DNA of 62,627 nucleotides from IMG/VR virus record IMGVR_UViG_3300030620_000006, positions 1 through 62,627 of that record; one strand, 5' to 3'. Each line of letters opens with the position of its first letter. Position 1 is the first letter of the stretch. Source of the stretch: a virus. Lineage: Duplodnaviria; Caudoviricetes. The position numbers and the translations under genes are program-made. Shown one piece after another: positions 42,428 to 52,825 of the stretch. The notes under the pieces are model-generated. The model was not told the DNA's origin, made no database searches, and saw nothing but the letters and a program-made list of their open reading frames with translations.

Positions 42428-44730
42428 CGATCGTCGCCACCCTCGACGCCGTCGCCACGATCGACGGCACCGCCGACGGCGCGGTAGCCGCCGATGCGAC
42501 CATCGCCCCGTCGCCGCTGGTGCCGACCGCCGATACCGTCACGGCGGATGTCACCTACGACGGATCGCTGGCCCTCGCCGCCTACCCCGGCGCCGCCCAC
42601 CAACACCTCGCCGGGCTGAGGGTGACGATCGACGGCGAGACCCTCCCGCTCGCCCGCGTGCTGCCGGGAGCGACTGTCACCCGCACACTCGGCGAGGGCT
42701 GCTCTTGGTCGCTACCGCTGCTGCTGCGCGGCGACTGGCCGGAGCGCTTCGCCTACCCGGCGGGGCGGCCGGAGGGCTACCTCGGCCCGCCGCCCGGCGG
42801 AGCGGAGATCGACATCGACGGGCTGTACATGACGGCGACGGGGCTCAAGGCTACCCGCCTCATCACCGGCGGCGTGGTTGAGAACTGCTCGGAGGTGATC
42901 GGCGAGCTAGACACCTACGCACTGAACGGCACCGACGCCGACGGCCGCATCGACCGCCGCAAGATCAACCTCACCCTCCCCCCTGGGCACGGCCTGACGC
43001 GGGCTGCGGTGGCGGGACGTATCGCCGCGCTGCTGGGGGTGGACGACTACGCCTTCGCCGCCGCCGGGCGCATGGACAAACGGGTTCAGGCGGTCGAGGC
43101 CGACGGGCTGGCGCTCATGGCGGACATCCTCCTGCCGGCGGGGCGAGTGCCGCAGCGGGCGGCCGACGGGACGCTCTACGATCCGGAGCGGGTGGTGCGG
43201 GGTGGCGGCTACGACGTCATATTGACGGAGGCGAACCTGCTGCGCGCCGGCGGGCTCGGCCGCACCTCGACGACCGACGGGCCGACGCGGATCGTGGTGA
43301 CGGGCGAGCGGCAGGTCACCCGCGACGGCTGCGGCCGGGTGACGATCATGCGCTTCGTCGAGGCGGTTGAGGAGTACACCCGCAAAGAGGCGGCCTTCCG
43401 GCAGACCGCTGCCGGGGTGCTCACCGCGCAGACGCCCACCCAGTTTCCGCAGCTCCAGGTGGTGAGCCGGGTGACGACTGTCGAGGAGCGCGAGTGCGAT
43501 CGACTCATCAGCTCCAGGGTGATCACCCAGGAGATGCACAGCCCGTCGGCCTACCGCTACGAGCTCGACACCGACGGAAGCCACAAGGCATGGTCGACCT
43601 ACTGGATCTTCGAGCCCGGTGCCGTCGCCGACGATGGCGCCCTCGCCTACGCTTGGCCGGTCGAGCGGTTCGTCACCACCGGCGACGTGCTGACGGTTTA
43701 CCACTACGACGCCGACGGGTTCGAGACGGGCTCGACCGTCACGACCCGCGGCTGGCATCAGCGGCGGACACCGGTCAAGGAGCAGGCCCCGCAAGTCACC
43801 GTGCCGTGGGAGGAGGAGCCCTACATCGTCGACGTTCCCGTCCTCGGCAACGGCGAAGGGGTGTTCGACCGGGTCGAGACCTACTTCGGCCCGTATCACG
43901 GCGTCGCCCGCAACGCCGCCACCAACTGGGTGCCGCAGGTCGGCGCCGGGACCGTCTCTGTCGTCGGCGCCGTGGGTGTCAAGCGCGAGACCGTTGCGGT
44001 CGGCATCCAACGGCAGTACGCGGATGACGGAACGACGCTGCTCGGCGGTTTCAAGCGCCGCGAGATCACGACCGCCGAGGGGTGGTTGGCCCGGCCGGTG
44101 GTCGGCGGCCCCTACTACTACGCGGCGGACGGCGGCACGGAGTCGATCGACAGCGTCGAGCGGTTCTGGCCGAGCGGCCTACCGGTGATCGTCCGTACCG
44201 AGCGCGTCGAGTACATCCCGGAGGCTGGCGACGGCTCGCACGGTCAGTTCTCGGCCGCCCGCGATCACGACGGCAAGCGCATCAACGGCGAGCCCGACCA
44301 GCACGAGAGCGGGCTCGAGGGCTACCTCCCCGCCGCCGAGCGGGCGACGCCGCTCGAGCCCGACGCCGCGGACTTCCCAGATGGCGCCGGCGCCAGTCCG
44401 CGGGAGAGCCAGCCGATCGAGTGCGACCACCGCGTCAATGCACCGGCGAGCCTGCGCGAGCCGTGGACCGACACGATCAGCGACGCCTGGGTCGAGACCC
44501 AGGCTGAGGCGTGCCGGCTGGCCGCTGACGAGGCGTCGCTGCGATGGGCGTTCAGGGTGACGGCAACGATTCCGATCGCCTTCCCGCTGCGCGAGGGGAT
44601 GCGGGTGCTGATCGTCGACCGCCCGAGCGGGACGTTTTGGCCGGTGCACGTCAAGTCGGTAGTCCACACCATCCCGGAGCGCGGGGTGTTGGCCACGACG
44701 GTCCTGAGCGGTGATCAGTATGTTGTCTAG
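42424..44730 (+). CDS. Probable tail hub/tip protein
   Basis: ~768 aa beta-rich protein with a hub-like C-terminal PLREGMRVLI...VKSVVH. Confidence 0.6.
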   Translation: MTIVATLDAVATIDGTADGAVAADATIAPSPLVPTADTVTADVTYDGSLALAAYPGAAHQHLAGLRVTIDGETLPLARVLPGATVTRTLGEGCSWSLPLLLRGDWPERFAYPAGRPEGYLGPPPGGAEIDIDGLYMTATGLKATRLITGGVVENCSEVIGELDTYALNGTDADGRIDRRKINLTLPPGHGLTRAAVAGRIAALLGVDDYAFAAAGRMDKRVQAVEADGLALMADILLPAGRVPQRAADGTLYDPERVVRGGGYDVILTEANLLRAGGLGRTSTTDGPTRIVVTGERQVTRDGCGRVTIMRFVEAVEEYTRKEAAFRQTAAGVLTAQTPTQFPQLQVVSRVTTVEERECDRLISSRVITQEMHSPSAYRYELDTDGSHKAWSTYWIFEPGAVADDGALAYAWPVERFVTTGDVLTVYHYDADGFETGSTVTTRGWHQRRTPVKEQAPQVTVPWEEEPYIVDVPVLGNGEGVFDRVETYFGPYHGVARNAATNWVPQVGAGTVSVVGAVGVKRETVAVGIQRQYADDGTTLLGGFKRREITTAEGWLARPVVGGPYYYAADGGTESIDSVERFWPSGLPVIVRTERVEYIPEAGDGSHGQFSAARDHDGKRINGEPDQHESGLEGYLPAAERATPLEPDAADFPDGAGASPRESQPIECDHRVNAPASLREPWTDTISDAWVETQAEACRLAADEASLRWAFRVTATIPIAFPLREGMRVLIVDRPSGTFWPVHVKSVVHTIPERGVLATTVLSGDQYVV

Positions 44731-45313
44731 GCGCCCGCGCGACTTCATCCGTCGCAGCTTCGACCGGCGCCGCCAGCGCGAGCGCGACGTGGTCTACGGG
44801 CGCTACGCGTCGCCGGCCAACCCGCACGCCGAGGGGTGGGTGGTGCTGCCCGGCACGACGGTGCCGATCTTCGTCGGCTCGACGGTGGGGGCCGTCACGT
44901 TCCGGCCGGGCTCGGTCGTGCCGCTGCTCTCGGAGTCCGGGGCGCCCGGCCTCACCATCGCCGGCCTGCCGGCCCCGGGCCGCAAGGGGGCGGCGGACTT
45001 CCCGCTGGCGGCGCCAACGCCCGGCGGAGTGACGCCGTTCGGCATCATCCGCGCCGTGCCCGGGGTGCTGGTGGTCGGCGATGCGGATCAACCCGTCACC
45101 ATCCACGGGTTCGGGCTGGTGGACGGCGACACCTACCAGCCGGTCAAGTGGTCGATGGTGGATCAGAATTTTGTTCACGACTCCGCCGTGACAGTTCATG
45201 ATGTAGTCTACGTCTCGGCCACAGAGGTGACGATGGAACTGGACGTAATGGAAGGCCTTCCCTGGAAGACGCACCGGCCGACGCTTCAGCCGCGGCGGAG
45301 CTGGGAAGGCTGA
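44720..45313 (+). CDS. Tail-associated hypothetical protein
   Basis: Coupled ORF with an Ig-like VTIHGFGL segment. Confidence 0.55.
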   Translation: MLSRRPRDFIRRSFDRRRQRERDVVYGRYASPANPHAEGWVVLPGTTVPIFVGSTVGAVTFRPGSVVPLLSESGAPGLTIAGLPAPGRKGAADFPLAAPTPGGVTPFGIIRAVPGVLVVGDADQPVTIHGFGLVDGDTYQPVKWSMVDQNFVHDSAVTVHDVVYVSATEVTMELDVMEGLPWKTHRPTLQPRRSWEG

Positions 45314-46323
45314 TGCCGGGGTCGTTTCCGCCGGATCTGTTCAGGCTGGAGCTGCCGGTGGCGGTGGTCCACTCCTACCTCGGGGTGCGCTGCGTCGAGG
45401 ACGAATTCGGCGACATCACGCACATCCGCCTGTGGTCGTACCTCAACGGGGCTTTCGTCGAGGAGCTGGCGGTACTCGATGCGGCGGAGATCGGGGTAAA
45501 TTTTGGGTCCCGCGGTCAGATGGCCCTATCGTTGGCGGTGATCCACGAGGACCCCGCGTCGTTGGTGGGGCCGAGCGTCATGTGGGGCAGCAGCAAGGAC
45601 ATCAGCCTGTACGACCTTGAGGCCGAGACGTACTACCGAGGCGTCACGACGGCGGGTGGTGAGCCGTTCGTCGGCGCCCCGATATGGGGCGCCGACGGGT
45701 GGATCTATTACTTCGCCGCGCCGGACGATTCCCCGTTCGATCAGTACCGCTTTCACAAAATCAGAGCCAACATGACGGGCGACTCAGAGGTCTCCCTGTT
45801 CGTACCGGGTGGGGGGGACCTAGACAACGTCGGGGACTTCTCCCATCTCGCCGGCTCGAACTACTACATCTATTCGCCGAAGTCGCTGAGCGGTCGCGAT
45901 GACGACAGGATCGGTATCTTCCCCCTGAACGGCGACCCCGCCAGCTCAGAGATCGCGACCGGAATGGTCGAGCTGCTGGGCGAGCCCTACCACGTCGGTA
46001 TCCCATCGGGCGACGATGCGATTTTCCTTCGCGGCGCCGGCGGCGAGCTGCGCCTCGGCCGGTTCACCCCGCCGTCGACCGAGACCATCCTCTGGCCGAG
46101 CGGGTGGGCCGATTGGGAGGATCCCGCCGGAGTGGCCGGCAACGTGCTGTCGCTCAGCCTCTCGGCCGATGGCACGGAGGCGGTGGTCTACGCGGCGGCG
46201 AACGGCACCCGCGGAATCATGCGGACCGACCTGGCGGCGAAGACGGGGGCGGAGCCGCTGGGCATTGTTGTGGTCGAGCAGCACGACGGCGCTTTCCCTG
46301 ACTTCATGCTGGCGATGGACTGA
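45313..46323 (+). CDS. Probable beta-propeller tail protein
   Basis: PIWGADGWIYY and LSLSADGTEAVVY blade-like motifs. Confidence 0.55.
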   Translation: MPGSFPPDLFRLELPVAVVHSYLGVRCVEDEFGDITHIRLWSYLNGAFVEELAVLDAAEIGVNFGSRGQMALSLAVIHEDPASLVGPSVMWGSSKDISLYDLEAETYYRGVTTAGGEPFVGAPIWGADGWIYYFAAPDDSPFDQYRFHKIRANMTGDSEVSLFVPGGGDLDNVGDFSHLAGSNYYIYSPKSLSGRDDDRIGIFPLNGDPASSEIATGMVELLGEPYHVGIPSGDDAIFLRGAGGELRLGRFTPPSTETILWPSGWADWEDPAGVAGNVLSLSLSADGTEAVVYAAANGTRGIMRTDLAAKTGAEPLGIVVVEQHDGAFPDFMLAMD

Positions 46324-46343
46324 CGCGAAGAACCGAGGCACCG

Positions 46344-46541
46344 ATGGATAAGGATATTTCCGCGCGCGCGATTCAGCTTCCTGCCGGATGGGGGGTCGCT
46401 TTGACCCCCGGGAGCTTTCGCGCCTGGCTGGCCGTGAAGTCTTACGGAAAGCGCGAGGGCTTCGGCATGCTCGTTGGCTTAGGAGAAATCGCCGGGGACC
46501 GCGGGTGGAGCCACGACCCCTGGTCCGCAGAGGCCCCATGA
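46344..46541 (+). CDS. Small hypothetical protein
   Basis: 65 aa, ATGA overlap with the next gene. Confidence 0.4.
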   Translation: MDKDISARAIQLPAGWGVALTPGSFRAWLAVKSYGKREGFGMLVGLGEIAGDRGWSHDPWSAEAP

Positions 46542-46918
46542 CTGTCGCCGAGCCCGCCGCCCCGCCCGTCGACGCCGTCACTGAGCGGCTCGCTTACATC
46601 TCCGCCGCGCTCTACGCCCTCGCCCGCCTGCTGCATCGTGAGGCGCAGGAGCTGGGAGACGACCCCCGCATGATCGCCGCCGGCTTCAGTGCGCAGCTCG
46701 CCGAGCTGGCCGCGACGAACCTCACCATGACGACCGCCACGCCGGCGGCCACGCTGGCGGCCATCATGTCCCGAATCTTCGTCCGCCACAGCGACATGCC
46801 GGAGGATGAGGCGCGCGACCTGCTGGCGGCGATGCTCGCCGGCGACGGTTGCCGCGAGCTACTGCTCGACATGGCGGCGGAAGCGGTGGATAGCTGGATG
46901 GAGGCAGGCGTCCGTTGA
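46538..46918 (+). CDS. Helical hypothetical protein
   Basis: Coupled on both sides. Confidence 0.55.
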   Translation: MTVAEPAAPPVDAVTERLAYISAALYALARLLHREAQELGDDPRMIAAGFSAQLAELAATNLTMTTATPAATLAAIMSRIFVRHSDMPEDEARDLLAAMLAGDGCRELLLDMAAEAVDSWMEAGVR

Positions 46919-48420
46919 CCGTCACCTGGTACGACTCGGCCGACGATCCGATCACCGCGGCGATCGCCCTCTCCGCCGAGCAGGGCACCACCGGCGCTGC
47001 TGTCGAGCTGCGCGCATGGAACAACCGCGGCGGGGTGGGTGCCTCAACGCGCTCCGACCTCTACCTTGAGGTGTTGGAGGTGGTCTCTGATGTGCCGCTC
47101 TCATCGGGGACCGAGGCGCTCGATCAGCACCACGTCGAGGCGCGGGTGGTGGAGGGGCTGAACCAAGTGGCCCCCCCGTCGGCTTGGACGCGCATCGGCA
47201 CAGCTCGCTTCCTGCCGGTGCCGTCGCTCGCCAATGATACCGGTGTCAAGTTCGAGGTGCGACTGAGCCCGCCGGCGCACGCTACCTCGACGCAGGTGAC
47301 GGTCCGCTTCCACCTCATCGAGCGCAGCCAGCGCCCGATCCCGACCGGCATCACCCAGGCGGCCGGTGCCGGCATCTATCACGGCCTGGGTGACGGGGCG
47401 TACTCGGCCATCGCCAGCTTTGGCGGGCTGGCGGAGAACGGCACCCCCGACAACCAAGTAACGGTCGGCGACCTCCGCTGGATCTACCAGGGGAGACCGT
47501 ACGCGCTGCTCGCCCACCTCACCGCTTTCGACGATCTCGACAGCGCAGCCGAGGCGCTGACCGCTGGGCAGGGCTATATCGCGGTCGGCACGGCGGCGGA
47601 CGGGGTGCTCAATTGGACCAGGGGGCTGCGCAGTGCGAGTCCGACGGCGCCGACCGCGCCCGCGGGTGAGCTGCTCATCGGCGAGGTGCTGGTCGAGTTC
47701 GACGCCACGATCAACACCGCCGACCTGACCGAGCAGTGGCTGATGGGCTTCTTCGGCTTCAAGGGGTCGAGTGCCCTGTCCGTCACCTTCGGCGCCGGCG
47801 ACGCCGTACTCGCTGATCGGCTGGTCCACCGCGACGGCGAGCAGTCGATCACCCTCGCCGACGATGACGAGTCGGCGGTCTACCTCATGCCGGACGGCAG
47901 CCTGGCGGCGACAGTGGACGGCACCCGCCCGGATGTGGCCGCCGAATACCTCGCCGACGTGACGGCAGCCGGCGGCGTGGTGACGGCCACGGTTGAACGT
48001 CGCCGCTTCACCCCCAGGCCGCAGGTGATCGCGCTGGTCTCCCCGTCGGGCGAGATCGCGGTCGACGATGCCGCCCACGGCGCGAACCCCGGCTCCCGGG
48101 AGTTCGGCCTGTTGCCCGTCCGCCCGGTCAGCTTGTGGCTGCACGATGACGGCGACACGCTCACCGGCGGCGAGTCCAGGGTCGACGTCGAGCACTCGGT
48201 TGACGCGGCGACGTGGGATTCTCTCTACAATGCTGACGACGACATGTCGGATGTAGCCTTCGACGAAACCCCGCCAGAGGATCACGCCTCCTTGCCGGAC
48301 GTGCTGGTGATCCCCGCCCTCGCCCAGGTGCGGGCGCGGGTGGACGCCGTGCCCACCGGTGGCGGGGGCGAGACGCTGCCGGCGGGCTACACCGTCGCAC
48401 TTCGGGGGTGGCCGCTGTGA
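46915..48420 (+). CDS. Probable tail/baseplate structural protein
   Basis: 501 aa; VELRAWNNRGG and PTAPAGELLIGEVLV motifs resemble tail proteins. Confidence 0.6.
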   Translation: MTVTWYDSADDPITAAIALSAEQGTTGAAVELRAWNNRGGVGASTRSDLYLEVLEVVSDVPLSSGTEALDQHHVEARVVEGLNQVAPPSAWTRIGTARFLPVPSLANDTGVKFEVRLSPPAHATSTQVTVRFHLIERSQRPIPTGITQAAGAGIYHGLGDGAYSAIASFGGLAENGTPDNQVTVGDLRWIYQGRPYALLAHLTAFDDLDSAAEALTAGQGYIAVGTAADGVLNWTRGLRSASPTAPTAPAGELLIGEVLVEFDATINTADLTEQWLMGFFGFKGSSALSVTFGAGDAVLADRLVHRDGEQSITLADDDESAVYLMPDGSLAATVDGTRPDVAAEYLADVTAAGGVVTATVERRRFTPRPQVIALVSPSGEIAVDDAAHGANPGSREFGLLPVRPVSLWLHDDGDTLTGGESRVDVEHSVDAATWDSLYNADDDMSDVAFDETPPEDHASLPDVLVIPALAQVRARVDAVPTGGGGETLPAGYTVALRGWPL

Positions 48421-49100
48421 GGAGGCTGATCCTTGCCGTCGCTCTAGCGACACTGGCCGCCCCCGCTGTCTCCGAGCAGTTCACCGCGCCGCTGGGGGTG
48501 GCCGGGGTGATGAAGGCTGATCTCGCCCCCGCCCTCTACCTGAACGGCGACCTGATCGCCGACCCGGGGTGGACGCTGGTCGAGGCGGCGAACGGACGCG
48601 ACTACACCTTCGACGACCTGCCGGACGTGGCGGCCGGGGCGGGGGATCGCTACGCGCTGTGCTGGTCGCACCTCGGCGATTCGGCCTGCTACCTCTGGCC
48701 ACAGGAGACCCGCACCCCGCAGGCGGTGCGGTGGGAGCAGCGGTTCGTCCCCACGCCGGAGGTGATCCGGATCGGCACGGGCGATACGGCGATCCCAGTG
48801 CAACTCACGATCGTGGGGCTGGCGTCGGACCCCACGGGCTCCGCCGTGGCGTTCTCGATGCGCCGCTCGAGCGGCGGCGCGGCGGTGATCGACGCTGCGG
48901 CGGCCACCCTCACCGACGTGGATCAGGTGGTCGACCCGGTGACTGCAGAGGTGACGTGGACGGCCGAGGTTGCCTACAACTTCACCGCCGAGGACACCGA
49001 GACAGCGGGGGAGTACCGGTCGTGGTTCACGGTGACGTTCCCGCTCGGCGGCGTGATGACTGCGCCGCCGACCAGGGATAGAAAGGTGTCGATCTTCTGA
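48417..49100 (+). CDS. BppU-like domain protein with an N-terminal signal peptide
   Basis: MRRLILAVALATLAAPAVS; VAYNFTAEDTETAGEYRSWFTVTF..G...TAP. Confidence 0.65.
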   Translation: MRRLILAVALATLAAPAVSEQFTAPLGVAGVMKADLAPALYLNGDLIADPGWTLVEAANGRDYTFDDLPDVAAGAGDRYALCWSHLGDSACYLWPQETRTPQAVRWEQRFVPTPEVIRIGTGDTAIPVQLTIVGLASDPTGSAVAFSMRRSSGGAAVIDAAAATLTDVDQVVDPVTAEVTWTAEVAYNFTAEDTETAGEYRSWFTVTFPLGGVMTAPPTRDRKVSIF

Positions 49101-50512
49101 TGAGGAGACTGCCCGCCGCTCTGCTCTCTGTCCTGCTGGCCGCCCCGGCTGCTGCGCAGACCGGGGGCGTCGTCTTCCAGACCAAGGCCGCAGGCCCGTG
49201 GGTGGGAGAGATCTCCGCTCAACCGCCGTGTAACGACGGCGTGCCGATGCTCTTTCTAGCCACCGATGGCACTAGCTCTACGGACTGCGCCACTGGCGAC
49301 GGTACGACCGAGGGGCTTTGCCTTTGCCTCGACGGCACCTGGTCGGCGGTCGGTGCCGGCGGCGGCGACGTCTCCAGCGTCTTCGCCCGCACCGGTGCGG
49401 TCGTGGCCGAGGCCGGCGACTACGACGCCGCCCTGATCGACTACACCCCCGCCGACGGCACGGACTGGACCGACCCCGACCCGACCACGGTGGAGCAGGC
49501 TGGAGACGACCTCGCCGCCCGCGTGACCGATGACGAGGCGGCGCTCAGCTCGCACGCCGGCAACGCCGACGCCCACCACGCCCGCGACCACGCTGCCGCG
49601 CACGCTCTCGGCGGGGCGGATCCGCTGACCGTTACCACGCTGGCGAGCGGCTGCACCGATGCCCAAGTCCTCGGCGGGACGGCTGTGGGGACGGGAGTGG
49701 AGTGCCAGGCGGCGGGGGGTGGTGGAGTGCCAGGCGGGGCCGATACGCAGGTCCAGTACAACAGCTCCGGTGCCTTCGCCGGTGACGAGGACTTCACCTT
49801 CGCCAGCGACGTGCTGCGGCTTGGGGCGGTCAACGCAGCCACGCGCCTGCGCCTGCCGCAGTCGAACGACCGATTCAACCCCACCATTGTGTTCGGCGAC
49901 GGCGACTCTGGGTGGAACGAGACCGCGGACGACACCTTCGCCCTGGTAATCGCAACGTTCAACGTCTGGAACTTCACGTCGGGTGAGATCTACGGTCGAT
50001 TCGGAAATTCGGGACCGTACATGCGCTCGGTGACCACCAGTGCGACGGTTCCCGGGTTCGCGCCGAATGGCGCCGACTCCAACACCGGCATCGGGTGGGC
50101 CGCCAGCGACGATGGCCGTCTGATCGCCGGCTCCGTCTCCAGCCTCGGCTTCACCGCGACCGAGACCACGATGTTTGTCGAGCAGGTCAACGCGGCCCAC
50201 GCCCGCACCTGCGCCGACTCCGCCGACGGCAACCCAGGAACCCTAGTCGCTTCGGTGTCCGGAGCCACCTACCTCGAGCTGACCAACTCCGACGCCGACG
50301 GCTGCGCCGTCACCCTCTCCGAGACCGGTGCCACCCGGGGCCAGCGCATCGAGGCGGTTGTCGTCGCCACCGCCGGCGGGACGCTCGACTTTGCCGACAC
50401 CGCCGGCGTCCAGGAGACCGGGGCGGGCTGCTCGCTCTCGCTCTACGGCACCGCCACTTTTCGATACATCGGCGACCGGCACGTCCTGGTCGCCTGCACC
50501 CCGTCCAACTGA
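49100..50512 (+). CDS. Tail-fibre-like protein with an N-terminal signal peptide
   Basis: MRRLPAALLSVLLAAPAAA-Q; VSSVFARTGAVVAEAGDY and PGGADTQVQYNSSGAFAG fibre motifs. Confidence 0.7.
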   Translation: MRRLPAALLSVLLAAPAAAQTGGVVFQTKAAGPWVGEISAQPPCNDGVPMLFLATDGTSSTDCATGDGTTEGLCLCLDGTWSAVGAGGGDVSSVFARTGAVVAEAGDYDAALIDYTPADGTDWTDPDPTTVEQAGDDLAARVTDDEAALSSHAGNADAHHARDHAAAHALGGADPLTVTTLASGCTDAQVLGGTAVGTGVECQAAGGGGVPGGADTQVQYNSSGAFAGDEDFTFASDVLRLGAVNAATRLRLPQSNDRFNPTIVFGDGDSGWNETADDTFALVIATFNVWNFTSGEIYGRFGNSGPYMRSVTTSATVPGFAPNGADSNTGIGWAASDDGRLIAGSVSSLGFTATETTMFVEQVNAAHARTCADSADGNPGTLVASVSGATYLELTNSDADGCAVTLSETGATRGQRIEAVVVATAGGTLDFADTAGVQETGAGCSLSLYGTATFRYIGDRHVLVACTPSN

Positions 50513-50520
50513 GGAGGCCC

Positions 50521-50988
50521 ATGATGCGCCGATTGACCCTGCTGCTGCTCGGCCTGATGCTCGCCCTCCCGTGCGCTGCTTTCGCCGGGAACCGCTCCTG
50601 CAACACCACCCTCGTCGGTCAGAACGTCTGCCGCCAAAGCACCAACCTGGTGCTCTTCTACGACGCCCCGGGCGCCGCCTTCGCTGATCTGAGGGACGCG
50701 ATCGCGGCCGAGTACAACTACCAGGACGAGAAGGTCTGCGCCCCGACCCGACAGTTCGAACCGCTGCTCAACGGCCAGCCCTCGAGCGTCCTGAGCGCCG
50801 CGGGCGCTGCCACCGACTCCTGCTCGGTCGGGTCGGTGGTCGCGAACCCTCAGGGGTCCGGCGAGTTCGCCGACGCCGTGATCGACATGGAGCTGAGGAA
50901 TCGAGTTATCCAGTGGAAACACAACACAGCGGTCGAAGAGGCGGCGGACCCGACCACCATCGAAACACCGGATGTGGGCGCGCCATGA
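50521..50988 (+). CDS. Secreted Cys-containing protein, paralog of the next gene
   Basis: Signal peptide; RxC...C...NYQ...C...C...VANPQ. Confidence 0.7.
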   Translation: MMRRLTLLLLGLMLALPCAAFAGNRSCNTTLVGQNVCRQSTNLVLFYDAPGAAFADLRDAIAAEYNYQDEKVCAPTRQFEPLLNGQPSSVLSAAGAATDSCSVGSVVANPQGSGEFADAVIDMELRNRVIQWKHNTAVEEAADPTTIETPDVGAP

Positions 50989-51443
50989 ATCGTCGCTACC
51001 TCTTCGCCTGGGCGTGGTGCATCGGCGCGGTGCTAGCCGTGCCGACCGCCGCCGACGTGCGCAACTGCACCGGCCCGATGGTCACCGGCGGACTGTGCCA
51101 GGCGCCCACCGACGCCCTGCTCTCCTACTCGATCCCCGCCGGGGCACAGGCCGACTTCATGGACGCCTACGCCGCGGCCGCCAACTACCAGGCCGAAGTG
51201 CCGTGCGGCGCCGAGCGCCTGGTCGACGACTCCGGCATCGTCGTGCAAGCCGGGCCGGGGCAGTCCACCTGCGCGGCCGAGACGGCCGGCGAACTGGTTG
51301 CCAACCCGCAGACCAGGGCGGCTGCGGTCGATCGATACATCAGGGCCGAACTCGTGCGCGTGGTGCGCGACCACCGGCGGCGGCAGGCCGAAGCAGCAGC
51401 GGCCGATACCACGGCCGCCGAGCCCGACCCGGAGATCCCGTGA
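50985..51443 (+). CDS. Secreted Cys-containing protein, paralog of the previous gene
   Basis: Signal peptide; same Cys spacing plus NYQ and VANPQ motifs. Confidence 0.7.
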   Translation: MNRRYLFAWAWCIGAVLAVPTAADVRNCTGPMVTGGLCQAPTDALLSYSIPAGAQADFMDAYAAAANYQAEVPCGAERLVDDSGIVVQAGPGQSTCAAETAGELVANPQTRAAAVDRYIRAELVRVVRDHRRRQAEAAAADTTAAEPDPEIP

Positions 51444-51651
51444 TGCACGGCCCCTGGATCGACGCGGGCTGCGGTGGCTGACCCTGAGCGAGCCCATGCT
51501 GAAATCCAATAACCCCCGCGATCCCCAACAGATCTGCCACTATTCCGGGGTCATGGACGAGCCGGTTCTCTCCTCCATCGGCGGGCCGCTCCTATCCTCT
51601 CCGGGGGCGGCCCGCACTCTTTTTGGCGACGGCCTTGCAGGGTAGTCGCCT

Positions 51652-51972
51652 ATGAACGCAACGCCGATCCTCGCCGCCGCCGTGAGTGAGGGCGTCCACC
51701 TCCTCCCCTGGGTGATCACCCTCATGATCGGGGTGGCAACCTCCATCCTGCTCCAGCTCGGCGGCGCGGTCTGGTTCGCCAGTCGTGTCAACGCCGAGCT
51801 GCGGGAGGCGAAGGAAGACATCTCAGCCCTGGGAAAGAAGCTCGGCGATGTCGAGTTGCGCATCGAGTCGAGGATCGAGGACTTCCGCAAGGAAGTCAGC
51901 GGCGCACTGGGTGGCCTTTCCCAGCGGGTCGCGCACATCGAAGGCAAGCTGAATGGGCACCGTGAGCGCTAA
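51652..51972 (+). CDS. Membrane protein with coiled coil (holin-like candidate)
   Basis: TM helix plus coiled coil ending RVAHIEGKL. Confidence 0.6.
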   Translation: MNATPILAAAVSEGVHLLPWVITLMIGVATSILLQLGGAVWFASRVNAELREAKEDISALGKKLGDVELRIESRIEDFRKEVSGALGGLSQRVAHIEGKLNGHRER

Positions 51973-51974
51973 TC

Positions 51975-52313
51975 GTGCCGTCGCGAGCCAACGATCGCAC
52001 GGTGTACCGCCTAGCGGTAGTTTCGGCTCTGCTTTCCGGCGCGACTTTGATTCTGCTGCTCGCCTTGACCGTGGTCGGGACGGTGTGGGCGAGCGGTCGG
52101 AAGACGGTGGAGGCGGCCGATGTTGACCGGTCCGTGGCGGCCGAGCGTGCCGCGCGAGAGGAATCGGCCAAGCAGCTCACGGAGAGGATCTCTCAGCTCG
52201 AGAATCGAAACGCCGACTTGCTCGCGTGGGTCGTGACGACGCGCGAGAAGATGATCAAGGAAGGGTTTCAAGCACCGCAACTACCGGACTCTATCGAAGG
52301 GGGCCAGAAATGA
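51975..52313 (+). CDS. Membrane protein with coiled coil
   Basis: TM helix plus LTERISQLE. Confidence 0.6.
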   Translation: MPSRANDRTVYRLAVVSALLSGATLILLLALTVVGTVWASGRKTVEAADVDRSVAAERAAREESAKQLTERISQLENRNADLLAWVVTTREKMIKEGFQAPQLPDSIEGGQK

Positions 52314-52519
52314 TCCGGGACGACGTAAAAAAGATCTTGTGCGACGGCGTCGTGATCGCCTACGCCAGCGCCTGCGAGACCATCCGCAGCGACCCGAAGT
52401 TCGACGGCCTGCCGGAGGAGGTTCGCGCCGAGTTCCTGAAGCGATGCATCGTCGCAGACGAGTCATACATCAAGGAGACGGGCGACGCGATCAACTGGCT
52501 GATGGACCAGAAGCCCTAG
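52310..52519 (+). CDS. Small hypothetical protein
   Basis: ATGA coupling. Confidence 0.55.
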   Translation: MIRDDVKKILCDGVVIAYASACETIRSDPKFDGLPEEVRAEFLKRCIVADESYIKETGDAINWLMDQKP

Positions 52520-52528
52520 ATCCACCTT

Positions 52529-52825
52529 GTGTCTCAGGACGGCACCGACGCCTCGCTATGGGCCGGTCTCGCCGCCCTGGTTACCGCTGTCCTAGCTGGC
52601 CTAGCCCTGCTGGTGCAGAAGCTGTCCAACGCTCTCGCGGCCCGCGCCAAGGCGTTCCAGGCAGCGGCTGAGCTGGAGCGCGACCAGGCCCGCGGCGAGG
52701 GTGGTCTGCTCGCCCGCGTCGAGCGGCTGGAGCGCGAGCAGGATAAGATGCGCAAGGCCCTGCACGATGCCCGCGACTGGATCAGCGGGGAGCGGGCACG
52801 GCGGGAGCTTGAGAGGAAGCGGTGA
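52529..52825 (+). CDS. Membrane protein with coiled coil
   Basis: TM helix plus LARVERLE. Confidence 0.6.
   Translation: MSQDGTDASLWAGLAALVTAVLAGLALLVQKLSNALAARAKAFQAAAELERDQARGEGGLLARVERLEREQDKMRKALHDARDWISGERARRELERKR

Noticed and set aside
44071-44085. Possible self-target of array block 1 under a gapped code (ACc GCc GAg GGg TGg matches AC GC GA GG TG)
   Set aside because: Only 5 consecutive dinucleotides match and the flanks do not; that is expected by chance in 62 kb. A full search could not be done by eye
50521-51443. Diversity-generating retroelement template/variable repeat pair
   Set aside because: The paralogs are diverged throughout rather than only at adenines, and no reverse transcriptase is present
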